Positions 37,510-46,742 of a DNA stretch of 64,000 bases are shown in pieces; the stretch's first letter is position 1; each line of letters opens with the position of its first letter. The position numbers and the translations under genes were made by a program. Source of the DNA: Deltaproteobacteria bacterium (GTDB lineage: Bacteria > Desulfobacterota > GWC2-55-46 > DRQE01); NCBI GenBank assembly GCA_015492245.1, contig WGFM01000021.1:52584-116583 (forward strand), in the 5' to 3' direction. A model generated the notes under the pieces. That model was not told where the DNA came from. It did not search any database and worked only from the letters and a program-made list of their open reading frames with translations.

Positions 37510-38571
37510 ATGCATATCAAGAGATTCAAAGGTAGAACAGCGAAAGAGGCCATAAGGTATGTAAAAGAAGAACTTGGTGATAAGGCCCTCATAATAGACA
37601 CCAGAAAGGCTCCGGCAGGTGGATATGTGGAGATACTCGCAGCTGTAGACCAGGATGTGGATGGGGAAAGAGCCGGGACCAAAAGGACACAGAGAGAAAC
37701 TCATCTTCTGAAAGAGTTGAGAGAGCTTAAGGAATTTCTCCTCTGCATGATGAAGGATGGAAAAAGACCTGTTGCAAGGATGTTCACCTCTCTGGAAGAG
37801 GAGCTTGTGAAAGAAGGGCTCGACAGAAGGCTTGCGAGAAACCTCATATTCAAGGCACTGACACATATGCGTGAGAACATGGAGAATACAGGGTGTCTGA
37901 AGAAATACATAAAGAACAGACTCCTTGGAAGTGTAGCAACCAGAGACCCCCTGCACCCAAGAAGCAGAACATTGATGGCCTTTGTGGGACCCACAGGTGC
38001 GGGAAAGACCACTACCATAGCAAAACTCGCCTCCCTACAGGCACTGAAGAACAACAAGAAGATAGCCCTCATCAGCATGGATACCTACAGGGTAGGAGCC
38101 ACGGAGCAACTGACACTCTATGGAAAGATAATCGGGGTGCCGGTGCAGAGGGTGGACTCCCTGGACGAGCTTGTAAGGGCGGTTGAACTACATACCGATA
38201 AGGATTGTATATTCCTCGATACAGCTGGAAGAAGCCTTGCAGACAGAGACCACCTGAGAAGACTCGGAGAACTATCCAGGACGATGCCCTGCATGAGGCT
38301 CAACCTTGTGATGAGTGTGCAATCGCAGAATGAGTTCATATACCAGACACTCGATCGCTACAGCAGAGTGGGCATAGACTATCTCACCTTCACAAAGCTC
38401 GATGAGGGTGGGGTGTTTGGTTCAATATTCAATGCAGCACTCTACTGTGGAAAACCACTTGCATATTTCGCCACAGGACAACATATACCGGATGACATAG
38501 AAAAGGCAACCCTTAAAAGACTGTCCAGGATGATATTGAACACTACAGGAGGTATAGATGGAACCGCATGA
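37510..38571 (+). CDS. flhF: SRP-type GTPase FlhF
   Basis: GPTGAGKTTT, DTYR, DTAG, TKLDE, GQ.IPDD. Confidence 0.94.
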   Translation: MHIKRFKGRTAKEAIRYVKEELGDKALIIDTRKAPAGGYVEILAAVDQDVDGERAGTKRTQRETHLLKELRELKEFLLCMMKDGKRPVARMFTSLEEELVKEGLDRRLARNLIFKALTHMRENMENTGCLKKYIKNRLLGSVATRDPLHPRSRTLMAFVGPTGAGKTTTIAKLASLQALKNNKKIALISMDTYRVGATEQLTLYGKIIGVPVQRVDSLDELVRAVELHTDKDCIFLDTAGRSLADRDHLRRLGELSRTMPCMRLNLVMSVQSQNEFIYQTLDRYSRVGIDYLTFTKLDEGGVFGSIFNAALYCGKPLAYFATGQHIPDDIEKATLKRLSRMILNTTGGIDGTA

Positions 38572-39373
38572 GACAAAGGTTATTGCCATAACAAGTGGTA
38601 AGGGAGGGGTTGGCAAGACCAATATAGTGGCAAACACTGCCATAACACTCTCCAAGATGGGAAAAAGGGTGCTCGTTATGGATGCAGACCTGGGATTGGG
38701 CAATATAGATATACTCCTGGGGCTCACGCCAAAATATAACATAGGGCACTTCCTCAGGGGAGAGAAGGGACTGGAGGACATAATAATAAAAGGCCCTGAG
38801 GATACTATGATACTGCCTGCCTCCTCAGGCATACAGGAGCTTACAGAGCTCGATGCCGAGGAGCAGCTCTCTCTGGTGGCACATCTGGACGAGATGGTGG
38901 ATGGGATAGACATGATGATTATAGACACGGGAGCTGGCATATCGAGTAATGTGATTTTCTTCAACATGGCCGCACAGGACATTGTGGTCATAGCATCTCC
39001 AGAACCTACATCCATAACGGATGCCTATGCGTTGATGAAAGTGCTCTCCAAAAGATATGGAGAAAAGTCCTTCAGACTCTTAGTGAATGGAGTGGACACA
39101 GAAGAGGATGGCAGGAATGTCTACAGAAAGCTGAGCACAGTGGGGGGCAGGTTTCTCAACATCTCGGTAGATTACCTTGGCTACATACTCTACGACGAAC
39201 TGGTGCAGCTTTCTGTGGTGCAGCAGAAAGCAGTTGTGCAGGCATACCCGGACACCCCTGCCAGTATATGTTTTGATCGTATAGCAAAGAGACTCTGCGA
39301 GATGCCTGTCCGTGGGGAGCTTAAAGGAGGGATGCAGTTTTTCTGGAGAAAGATGCTCAACAGAACCTTTTAA
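38558..39373 (+). CDS. flhG: MinD-like ATPase FlhG/FleN
   Basis: SGKGGVGKTN, DADLGLGN, EPTSITDAYA. Confidence 0.94.
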   Translation: MEPHETKVIAITSGKGGVGKTNIVANTAITLSKMGKRVLVMDADLGLGNIDILLGLTPKYNIGHFLRGEKGLEDIIIKGPEDTMILPASSGIQELTELDAEEQLSLVAHLDEMVDGIDMMIIDTGAGISSNVIFFNMAAQDIVVIASPEPTSITDAYALMKVLSKRYGEKSFRLLVNGVDTEEDGRNVYRKLSTVGGRFLNISVDYLGYILYDELVQLSVVQQKAVVQAYPDTPASICFDRIAKRLCEMPVRGELKGGMQFFWRKMLNRTF

Positions 39374-39391
39374 GCAAAAAGGAGAAAGACC

Positions 39392-40126
39392 ATGAGCCAT
39401 CAGTATGCAAAACAATACACCAGCGATAGGGATAAGCTTGTAGAGGAGAATGTGAACCTCGTCAAGATCATAGCAAACCAGATTGCCATGCATCTACCAC
39501 CGCATATAGATGTGGAAGACCTGATAGGAGCAGGTATTATAGGGCTGATAGAGGCGGTGGACAATTTCGATCCCCAGCGGGGAGTAAAGTTCTCAACCTA
39601 TGCAACCATAAGGATAAGAGGGGCAATAATGGATCAGCTGAGAAGTATGGACTGGCTCAGCAGATCCATGCGTGATAAATCCAACCAGCTTGAAAGGGCA
39701 TACCTTGAGCTCGAAAAAAAATTCGGAAGACCAGCAGAGCCAGAAGAGGTGGCTGAGCACCTGGGGCTCACAACCGAAGAGTTCTTCCAGCTCTTAAGAG
39801 AGGTCAGTGCCTCTACTGTGCTGAATATAGAAGACCTTGGAATCGGTGGGGGGCAGGAAGGGCTCAATATACTGGAATGTATAAGAGACCCCAATGGTAA
39901 GGACCCACTTCTCGTAAGCAAACTCAACGAGCTTAAAAAAATAGTGAAAGAGGCCGTAGAGAAGCTTCCAGAAAAAGAAAAACTCATAATATCCCTCTAC
40001 TATTACAACGAACTGACCATGAAAGAGATAGGCAGGGTGCTGGATATTACAGAGTCAAGGGTCTCACAGTTGCACAGCCAGAGTATGCACAGGCTGAAGG
40101 CACATCTTAACGAATACTATGGATAG
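39392..40126 (+). CDS. fliA: RNA polymerase sigma factor FliA (sigma28)
   Basis: YATIRIRGAIMDQLRSMDW, LTMKEIG.VL.ITESRVSQLH. Confidence 0.96.
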   Translation: MSHQYAKQYTSDRDKLVEENVNLVKIIANQIAMHLPPHIDVEDLIGAGIIGLIEAVDNFDPQRGVKFSTYATIRIRGAIMDQLRSMDWLSRSMRDKSNQLERAYLELEKKFGRPAEPEEVAEHLGLTTEEFFQLLREVSASTVLNIEDLGIGGGQEGLNILECIRDPNGKDPLLVSKLNELKKIVKEAVEKLPEKEKLIISLYYYNELTMKEIGRVLDITESRVSQLHSQSMHRLKAHLNEYYG

Positions 40127-40157
40127 TATTTGCTCACCGATACTTATCCCCATCAAT

Positions 40158-40185
40158 TAAAGATTACCATGCCATTTACCGATAA
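40158..40185 (+). promoter_or_regulatory. Sigma28 promoter of che-mot operon
   Basis: TAAAG-N15-ACCGATAA. Confidence 0.75.
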
Positions 40186-40255
40186 ATTCAAAGGAGGACA
40201 ACAACTGTATTAGTCCATCTTGATACAATTAATCGAGAAAGGAGAAGTTGACGGT

Positions 40256-41107
40256 ATGGTGTCCAATGTGGCAAATCAACGGTTCGCCCTGGCAGATGAA
40301 ACCTTCAGGAAGATAAGAGACCTCATTGTCCAGAAAACGGGGATATATTTTCATGACAACAAGCGGTATCTTCTGGAGATGAAGCTGGCAAGGAGGATAA
40401 AAGAAAAGGGGTTCTCTTCCTATGAGGGCTACTTCAATGCACTTTCCAGCGGTCTTGCAAGGGAGGAAGAATTCAGAGTCCTTGTAGACCTTATAGTAAC
40501 AAAAGAGACCAGTTTTTTCAGGGATCACGCCCAGTTCGAGATTCTAAAGGAACATATTATACCAGGCATTATGAAGAAAAAGAGTGGTTGCAGGTCTATA
40601 AAGATATGGAGTTCGGCCTGCTCTACAGGGGAAGAACCCTATACCGTAGCCATGGTGATGCTGGAAGAAGGACTATTGCTTAAGGGCTGGAGTGTGCACA
40701 TACTGGCAAGTGATCTGAACGAGAGGTTTCTGAGGTCTGCCCAGGATGGAAGGTATGAAGCCTATTCTGTAAGAAATACCCCACAGAAATACCTTCAGAA
40801 GTATTTCATAAAAAAGGGTGAAGCGTATTTACTCAAAAGACATGTCAAGGAGCTGGTAAGATTCAGAAGAATAAACCTTGTAGATCCATTGGAAACTGGT
40901 ATAGCAAAAGAGATGGACATAGTGTTCTGCAGAAATGTACTCATATACTTCGATGAAGATGCAAGAGAGAAAGCCATGACACACATATACAGAAGCCTTT
41001 CCGATGGGGGCTATCTCTTCCTGGGATTTTCAGAGCTCATGCATGAGTATCATCATATGTTCAAACCAGTAACAATAGAGGGCTCCATGATATACCAGAA
41101 GGTATAA
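40256..41107 (+). CDS. cheR: Chemotaxis methyltransferase CheR
   Basis: ETSFFRD, WSSACSTGEEPY, FCRNVLIYFD; start uncertain (40220/40256). Confidence 0.94.
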   Translation: MVSNVANQRFALADETFRKIRDLIVQKTGIYFHDNKRYLLEMKLARRIKEKGFSSYEGYFNALSSGLAREEEFRVLVDLIVTKETSFFRDHAQFEILKEHIIPGIMKKKSGCRSIKIWSSACSTGEEPYTVAMVMLEEGLLLKGWSVHILASDLNERFLRSAQDGRYEAYSVRNTPQKYLQKYFIKKGEAYLLKRHVKELVRFRRINLVDPLETGIAKEMDIVFCRNVLIYFDEDAREKAMTHIYRSLSDGGYLFLGFSELMHEYHHMFKPVTIEGSMIYQKV

Positions 41108-41139
41108 ATCCGTGTGGCTATACGAAGGAGGTGCGAGAG

Positions 41140-41514
41140 ATGAAGATATTGCTTGTGGATGATTTCCCAACCATGAGAAAGATTCTGAGAAACCTTCTCA
41201 AAGAGGCAGGTTTCACAGATATAGATGAGGCCGAAAATGGCATCATGGCACTGGAAAGACTCAGAGGAGAAGCGTTTGACCTTGTCATAACAGACTGGAA
41301 CATGCCAGAGATGACAGGGCTCGAGCTTCTGAAGAAGATAAGGGAAGACCATGCGCTCAAGGATATTCCTGTGCTCATGGTAACCGCAGAGGCAACGAAG
41401 GAATGCGTCATGGAAGCTGTGCAGGCAGGGGTCAGCAACTACATAGTCAAGCCCTTTACAGCAACGGCACTCAAAGAGAAGATAGATATTATCATGGAAA
41501 ATCTCAAGAGTTAG
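41140..41514 (+). CDS. cheY: Chemotaxis response regulator CheY
   Basis: VDDFPTMR, DWNMPEM, VLMVTAEA, YIVKPFT. Confidence 0.95.
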   Translation: MKILLVDDFPTMRKILRNLLKEAGFTDIDEAENGIMALERLRGEAFDLVITDWNMPEMTGLELLKKIREDHALKDIPVLMVTAEATKECVMEAVQAGVSNYIVKPFTATALKEKIDIIMENLKS

Positions 41515-41562
41515 GCCAACTCTGTCTTGTTCTCACACAAATTCCAATAAGGAGATGTGCCC

Positions 41563-43257
41563 ATGTCTACAGATGGTATGGAAGAGATAATAAAGGAGTT
41601 TATCGTTGAAGCAAAAGAGCTCATAGACGGGGTGGAGCAGAATCTTATAACCCTTGAGAAGAACCCTGACGGTATGGATGTATTGAACGATATATTCAGG
41701 TCGGTACATACCATAAAAGGGGCGGCAGGGTTCCTCGCCTTCGAAGAGGTCATTGAAGTTACCCACTCTGCCGAAGACCTCCTCAATGAGTTGAGGAAGG
41801 GCAGGTTGCCGGTAACAGCAGATATTATGGACCTTCTTTTAGAGGTGGTGGATGCAATAAAGGAACTCATAGGTGATATAGAAAAGGGCGAGAGGGAGAA
41901 GAAACACAACATATCTCCCCTGATAGAGAGACTCAGAGTTGCCCTGGAGAGTAAGCCTGTAGAGGACACAGATGACAAGAAGAGCCCACCAAAAGCAAAG
42001 GTCAAAGCTCCCCCACAGGAGGCCAGGGAAGATAAGGGTGGACGCGAGACAGAACATTACATAAGGGTTGACATAGGTAGAATCGACAGTGTCATGGACC
42101 TTGCAGGTGAGCTTGTGCTGATACGCAACAGGCTTACGAACCTTGCCTCCAGACTACATGAACAGTATGGCGATATAGGTGTGGTTGGCGATGTGGACTC
42201 TGCCATATCAGAGCTCAATGTTATTACAACTGATCTTCAGCTCGCAGTAATGAAGATGAGGATGCAACCCATAGAAAAGGTGTTGAGCAAGTTCCCACGC
42301 ATGGTGAGAGACATCGCAAGACAAAGGGGCAAGGAGGTGGAACTCATCATAAGGGGTGAGGATACGGAGCTCGACAAGACCGTTATAGAAGAGATAGGAG
42401 ACCCACTTGTGCACATAATAAGAAATGCCATAGACCACGGCATAGAACCATCTGATGAGAGGGACGAACAGGGAAAACCCAGAAAAGGGACCATAACCAT
42501 AACCGCCTGTCAGGAAGGCAGAGACATACTTATATCCATAGAGGATGATGGCCGGGGAATAAACACAGAAAGGATAAGGGAGAAGGCCATAAAGCTCGGC
42601 CTGGTCTCCCAGAAGGATGTAGAGAAGATGCGGGAGAGAGAGCTCATGGAGCTTATATTCTCGCCAGGGTTCTCTACGGCTGAAAGAACTGACGATATAT
42701 CTGGCAGGGGGGTCGGAATGGATGTGGTGAAAACCAATGTATCGAGGATCAACGGCTCTATATTTATAGACTCCCTACCAGGGAAAGGAACCAAGATAAC
42801 CATAAGGGTGCCACTTACACTGGCAATAATACATACCCTCACGGTGGAGGCAGGTGGAGAACTCTATGCCATACCACTTACCATAGTGATAGAGAACAAG
42901 AGGATAGAGGAAGAAGAGATAAAGACCGTTAACGGAAATGAGGTCATAAACTTGAGAGACGAAATAATAAGGGTGCTGAGGCTCGATAATCTGATTGGAA
43001 AGGGGAGTGAAAACAGGTGTTCCAAATATATAGTGGTGGTGGGTGCTGGAGAGAAACGGCTTGGACTACTGGTGGACAGGCTCCATGGTCAGGAAGAGAT
43101 AGTCATGAAATCCATGGGTGACTATATGAAGGGTATACAGGGTGTGGCAGGTGCATGTATAACGGGCAGTGGAAGGGTTGTGCTGGTGCTGGATGTGGGA
43201 AAGCTTATATGGGGCATGGAAGGTATAGGCGTCAATATGGATAAACTCGTAGTATAG
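41563..43257 (+). CDS. cheA: Chemotaxis histidine kinase CheA (no P2 domain)
   Basis: HTIKG Hpt, RNAIDHGIE, DDGRG, SGRGVGMDVV, C-terminal CheW domain. Confidence 0.95.
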   Translation: MSTDGMEEIIKEFIVEAKELIDGVEQNLITLEKNPDGMDVLNDIFRSVHTIKGAAGFLAFEEVIEVTHSAEDLLNELRKGRLPVTADIMDLLLEVVDAIKELIGDIEKGEREKKHNISPLIERLRVALESKPVEDTDDKKSPPKAKVKAPPQEAREDKGGRETEHYIRVDIGRIDSVMDLAGELVLIRNRLTNLASRLHEQYGDIGVVGDVDSAISELNVITTDLQLAVMKMRMQPIEKVLSKFPRMVRDIARQRGKEVELIIRGEDTELDKTVIEEIGDPLVHIIRNAIDHGIEPSDERDEQGKPRKGTITITACQEGRDILISIEDDGRGINTERIREKAIKLGLVSQKDVEKMRERELMELIFSPGFSTAERTDDISGRGVGMDVVKTNVSRINGSIFIDSLPGKGTKITIRVPLTLAIIHTLTVEAGGELYAIPLTIVIENKRIEEEEIKTVNGNEVINLRDEIIRVLRLDNLIGKGSENRCSKYIVVVGAGEKRLGLLVDRLHGQEEIVMKSMGDYMKGIQGVAGACITGSGRVVLVLDVGKLIWGMEGIGVNMDKLVV

Positions 43258-43267
43258 GGAGGAAGAG

Positions 43268-44299
43268 ATGGAGAAGATAAGAGTCCTTGTAGTGGATGAC
43301 TCGGCATTCATGAGAAGAATCATCAAGGAGATGCTGAACTCCAATCCACAGATAGAAGTGATAGATACTGCGAGGAATGGCATAGAAGGTGTGGAGAAGG
43401 CGATGGCTCTCCTGCCAGATGTGATAACGATGGATATAGAAATGCCGGGTATGAACGGGCTTGAGGCGATAGATGAGATAATGAAAAAAAGGCATATTCC
43501 CATCATAGTGTTCAGTTCCCTATCTTCCGAGGGGGCAAGGGTTACACTCGAGGCACTCGATAGGGGGGCTGCAGATTATGTCTGCAAGAATATATCGAGG
43601 TCAGTGCTCGATGTGATGCACATGAAAAGTGAGCTTATAGCCAAGGTGAAGGCAGTTGCAAGCACTCCTAAAAAAGAAGACGCAATAATTAGAGACAGGA
43701 GCTTCTGCCATATTGTAGAGCATACAGAAAAGATAGAGCTTGTTACCATAGGGGCATCGACAGGGGGGCCAAAGGCTCTGCAGGAGATACTTCCTGCAAT
43801 ACCAGAAGACATAAATAGCGCCATTATAGTAACCATACACATGCCGCCTGACTTTACCAGAGCATTTGCAGACAGGCTCAATGTGGTATGCAAACTTCCT
43901 GTAAGAGAGGCAGAGGATGGTGAAAAGCTCAAGCCAGGAGCCGTGCTGGTATCTCCAGGGGGTATACATACAAAGATTAGAAAGAATGGCTTTACAGGTG
44001 CTTATGTGAAGATAGACAAAGAGCCAGAAGATGCCATATACAAGCCCTCGATAGATGTAACCATGAAGACCGCTGCAGAATGCTACAGAGCGCATGTGCT
44101 TGGTGTGATACTGACCGGCATGGGACACGATGGAACAGAGGGAATAAGGGCCATCAAGAAGAAAGGTGGTGTGGCAGTTGCGCAGGATGAGGCAAGTTGC
44201 ACCGTGTATGGAATGCCAAGATCCGTTGTAGAGGCAGGCCTGGCAGACAGGGTGGTTCCACTTGAGAAGATTCCCCATGAGATTATAAGGCTGGTGTGA
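43268..44299 (+). CDS. cheB: Chemotaxis methylesterase CheB
   Basis: REC + GASTGGP, HMP, LTGMG.DG. Confidence 0.95.
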   Translation: MEKIRVLVVDDSAFMRRIIKEMLNSNPQIEVIDTARNGIEGVEKAMALLPDVITMDIEMPGMNGLEAIDEIMKKRHIPIIVFSSLSSEGARVTLEALDRGAADYVCKNISRSVLDVMHMKSELIAKVKAVASTPKKEDAIIRDRSFCHIVEHTEKIELVTIGASTGGPKALQEILPAIPEDINSAIIVTIHMPPDFTRAFADRLNVVCKLPVREAEDGEKLKPGAVLVSPGGIHTKIRKNGFTGAYVKIDKEPEDAIYKPSIDVTMKTAAECYRAHVLGVILTGMGHDGTEGIRAIKKKGGVAVAQDEASCTVYGMPRSVVEAGLADRVVPLEKIPHEIIRLV

Positions 44300-44309
44300 G
44301 GAGCTTTCC

Positions 44310-45080
44310 ATGGACATTGTTACTATACTCGGTATTGCGGTAGGACTTGCTGCCATACTTGTAGGACAGGTGCTGGAGGGAGGCACCATCCACTCCATAA
44401 TGCAGTTCACAGCAGCCCTTATAGTCTTTGGTGGCACTGCAGGGGCTGTGCTCATAAACTATCCACTACATACGATAATACTTTCTGTGAAGAATCTTAA
44501 AAAGGTCTTCTTCAATCCAAAGGACCAGCCCAGAGAGTTGATCAAAAAGCTGGGTGAGTACGCAACCATAGCGAGAAAAGAGGGGCTCCTTGCTCTGGAG
44601 CCAAAGATAAAGGAAATAGACGACCCCTTTTTTGCAAAGGGGCTTCAGCTCATAGTTGACGGCACAGAGCCACAGACAACAAGGGAGATACTCGAGGTAG
44701 ATGTGGCATACGGTGAAGAATATGACCTGAGTTCGGCAAAGGTCTTCGAGTCTGCAGGAGGATATGCACCAACAATAGGCATACTCGGTGCTGTGCTCGG
44801 GCTGATACATGTCATGGAGAACCTTGCAGAGCCTGAAAAGCTTGGCGCAGGTATAGCCGTGGCATTCGTTGCCACCGTGTACGGCGTGGGTTCAGCTAAC
44901 CTTCTATGGCTGCCCATCGCAGGAAAGATGAAACAGAAGATCAGGGAAGAGAGTATAGTGAAAGAGATGCTCATAGAGGGGCTCATAGGACTCAGCGAGG
45001 GTGAGAATCCCAAACGCCTCGAAGAAAAACTGGAGGGCTTCCTGAAGGCATCCGAAAAGGAAAGTAATAAGGCAGAATAG
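44310..45080 (+). CDS. motA: Flagellar stator protein MotA
   Basis: GGT.GA, ARKEGLLALE, GGYAPTIGILGAVLGL, AFVATVYG. Confidence 0.95.
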   Translation: MDIVTILGIAVGLAAILVGQVLEGGTIHSIMQFTAALIVFGGTAGAVLINYPLHTIILSVKNLKKVFFNPKDQPRELIKKLGEYATIARKEGLLALEPKIKEIDDPFFAKGLQLIVDGTEPQTTREILEVDVAYGEEYDLSSAKVFESAGGYAPTIGILGAVLGLIHVMENLAEPEKLGAGIAVAFVATVYGVGSANLLWLPIAGKMKQKIREESIVKEMLIEGLIGLSEGENPKRLEEKLEGFLKASEKESNKAE

Positions 45081-45090
45081 GATAAAAAAG

Positions 45091-45816
45091 ATGGCACGCA
45101 AGAAAAAACACGAGGAACATGAAAACCACGAAAGATGGCTCGTCTCGTATGCAGATTTTATAACCCTCCTCTTTGCATTCTTCACCAGCATGTATGCCAT
45201 ATCCTCTGTCAACGAGGGAAAGTTCAGAATCTTAAGTGAGTCCCTTGCCATCGCATTCAGCCACTCCATGTATACGACAACAAAGCTCGAGGCAGGACCC
45301 ACCGTTGTAAGGAAACAGAGGGCACAGCTTACAGAAAGATTCAAGAAGGCATTTACAGGAGACTACCAGAGACTGAAGATGCTACTGCATAAACTGGAGA
45401 AGACAAAGAAACTGACACTCCTTCTTGAAGAGAGGGGAGTGGTGATAAGGATCTCAGAGAGTATAATGTTTCCACCTGCAAGTGCAGAAATAGTCGAAAA
45501 GGGATACCCCGTGATAGATGAGATAGCTTCAGCACTCGATGGTATACCCAATACCATAAAGATAGAGGGACATACAGACAATGTGCCCATAAGCACCCCA
45601 AGGTATCCCACCAACTGGGACCTTTCCAGTGCAAGGGCCATCGCCATACTTAAGTATCTCGTAACAAAACACCACTTCGATCCAACAAGGCTCTTTGCAG
45701 TTGGCTACGGAGAGTTCAGACCAATAACATCAAACGATACGGTTTCAGGCAGGGCAAGAAACAGAAGGGTCGATATAGTGGTGCTAAACAGCAGTGGACT
45801 GGCCGAAGAGATATGA
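45091..45816 (+). CDS. motB: Flagellar stator protein MotB
   Basis: WLVSYADFITLL, EGHTDN, NWDLSSARA, NRRVDI. Confidence 0.95.
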   Translation: MARKKKHEEHENHERWLVSYADFITLLFAFFTSMYAISSVNEGKFRILSESLAIAFSHSMYTTTKLEAGPTVVRKQRAQLTERFKKAFTGDYQRLKMLLHKLEKTKKLTLLLEERGVVIRISESIMFPPASAEIVEKGYPVIDEIASALDGIPNTIKIEGHTDNVPISTPRYPTNWDLSSARAIAILKYLVTKHHFDPTRLFAVGYGEFRPITSNDTVSGRARNRRVDIVVLNSSGLAEEI

Positions 45817-45820
45817 GTTC

Positions 45821-45848
45821 TAAAGTTACCCCAGGATTATGCTGATAA
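45821..45848 (+). promoter_or_regulatory. Sigma28 promoter
   Basis: TAAAG-N15-GCTGATAA upstream of the 62-aa ORF. Confidence 0.7.
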
Positions 45849-45942
45849 ATATATATAAGGCAAAGGCTACAGGGCTGAAAGAAAGATGGGGGTTGAGGAA
45901 GCAATCCAACCTCTGCTATACTCTTAAAAGGGGGATGAAACG

Positions 45943-46131
45943 ATGGTTGACGGGCCCTTCAGGATAGACAACCATGAGATTATACCATCCATAGAGGGTA
46001 TCCTGCCCACAGAGAAGGTGGACAGAAGAAACAGAGAACGCAGGGAAGAAAAGGACAGAAACAGGCACCAGGAAGACAGGGAAGAGAAAGAAGAGAAGAA
46101 GGAAGAACACAGGGTAGATATACTCGCCTGA
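45943..46131 (+). CDS. Small highly charged hypothetical protein (62 aa)
   Basis: Purine-rich RBS, host-like codon usage, own sigma28 promoter, C-terminal HRVDILA. Confidence 0.65.
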   Translation: MVDGPFRIDNHEIIPSIEGILPTEKVDRRNRERREEKDRNRHQEDREEKEEKKEEHRVDILA

Positions 46132-46137
46132 AAGGAG

Positions 46138-46572
46138 TTGACCCCAAAGTTGGAACTGTGGATAGTTGTAGTAGTAGTGCTCAATATAGTCATAGTGGCT
46201 GTGCTCGTGTTTCTGATCCTCAGGTTGAGACAACTGTCCACGGAAGATGCCCCCCAGGAGCTGGAAGGAGAACTCGAAAGGGTCAGACAACTTGTAGCCT
46301 TCTTCGAGGCAAAGGAGAAGGAAGTAAGAGAATCTCTGGAGAAGATAAGGGCCAACCAGTCCCGCCTCGACAATATACTGAACAACCTTGAAGAGGCAAT
46401 AGAAAGACTGCGCCAGACACCACAGACAGAGGACGACAAGGAACACCTCTACAGGCAGGCAAGAGACATGCTCAAAAGTGGCCTGCCGCAGGAAGAGGTG
46501 ATGAAAAGGCTCAACCTCAGCAGAGGAGAGATAACCCTTATACTCACAGTAGAGAAGATGAGAAAAAATTGA
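46138..46572 (+). CDS. Bitopic coiled-coil protein with C-terminal DUF2802-like domain
   Basis: N-terminal TM, coiled coil, YRQARDMLKSG...EEVMKRLNLSRGEITLI; AAGGAG before TTG. Confidence 0.7.
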   Translation: MTPKLELWIVVVVVLNIVIVAVLVFLILRLRQLSTEDAPQELEGELERVRQLVAFFEAKEKEVRESLEKIRANQSRLDNILNNLEEAIERLRQTPQTEDDKEHLYRQARDMLKSGLPQEEVMKRLNLSRGEITLILTVEKMRKN

Positions 46573-46683
46573 CAGGAAAATCCTTCACCCCCGGAAGAAT
46601 TGGCACCCCCCTGAGTAATACCCCATCTCTGTAACATACCTTGAAATAAGGACTTTGTTCTTTACATCCCCTTTTCCGACAAG

Positions 46684-46699
46684 TGGCACAGGTATTGCA
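46684..46699 (+). promoter_or_regulatory. Sigma54 promoter of flgF operon
   Basis: TGGCAC-AGGTA-TTGCA. Confidence 0.85.
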
Positions 46700-46742
46700 T
46701 CATAATTCAGGGCAGAAAGTTTCCTTTAAGGAGGCAGACCTC

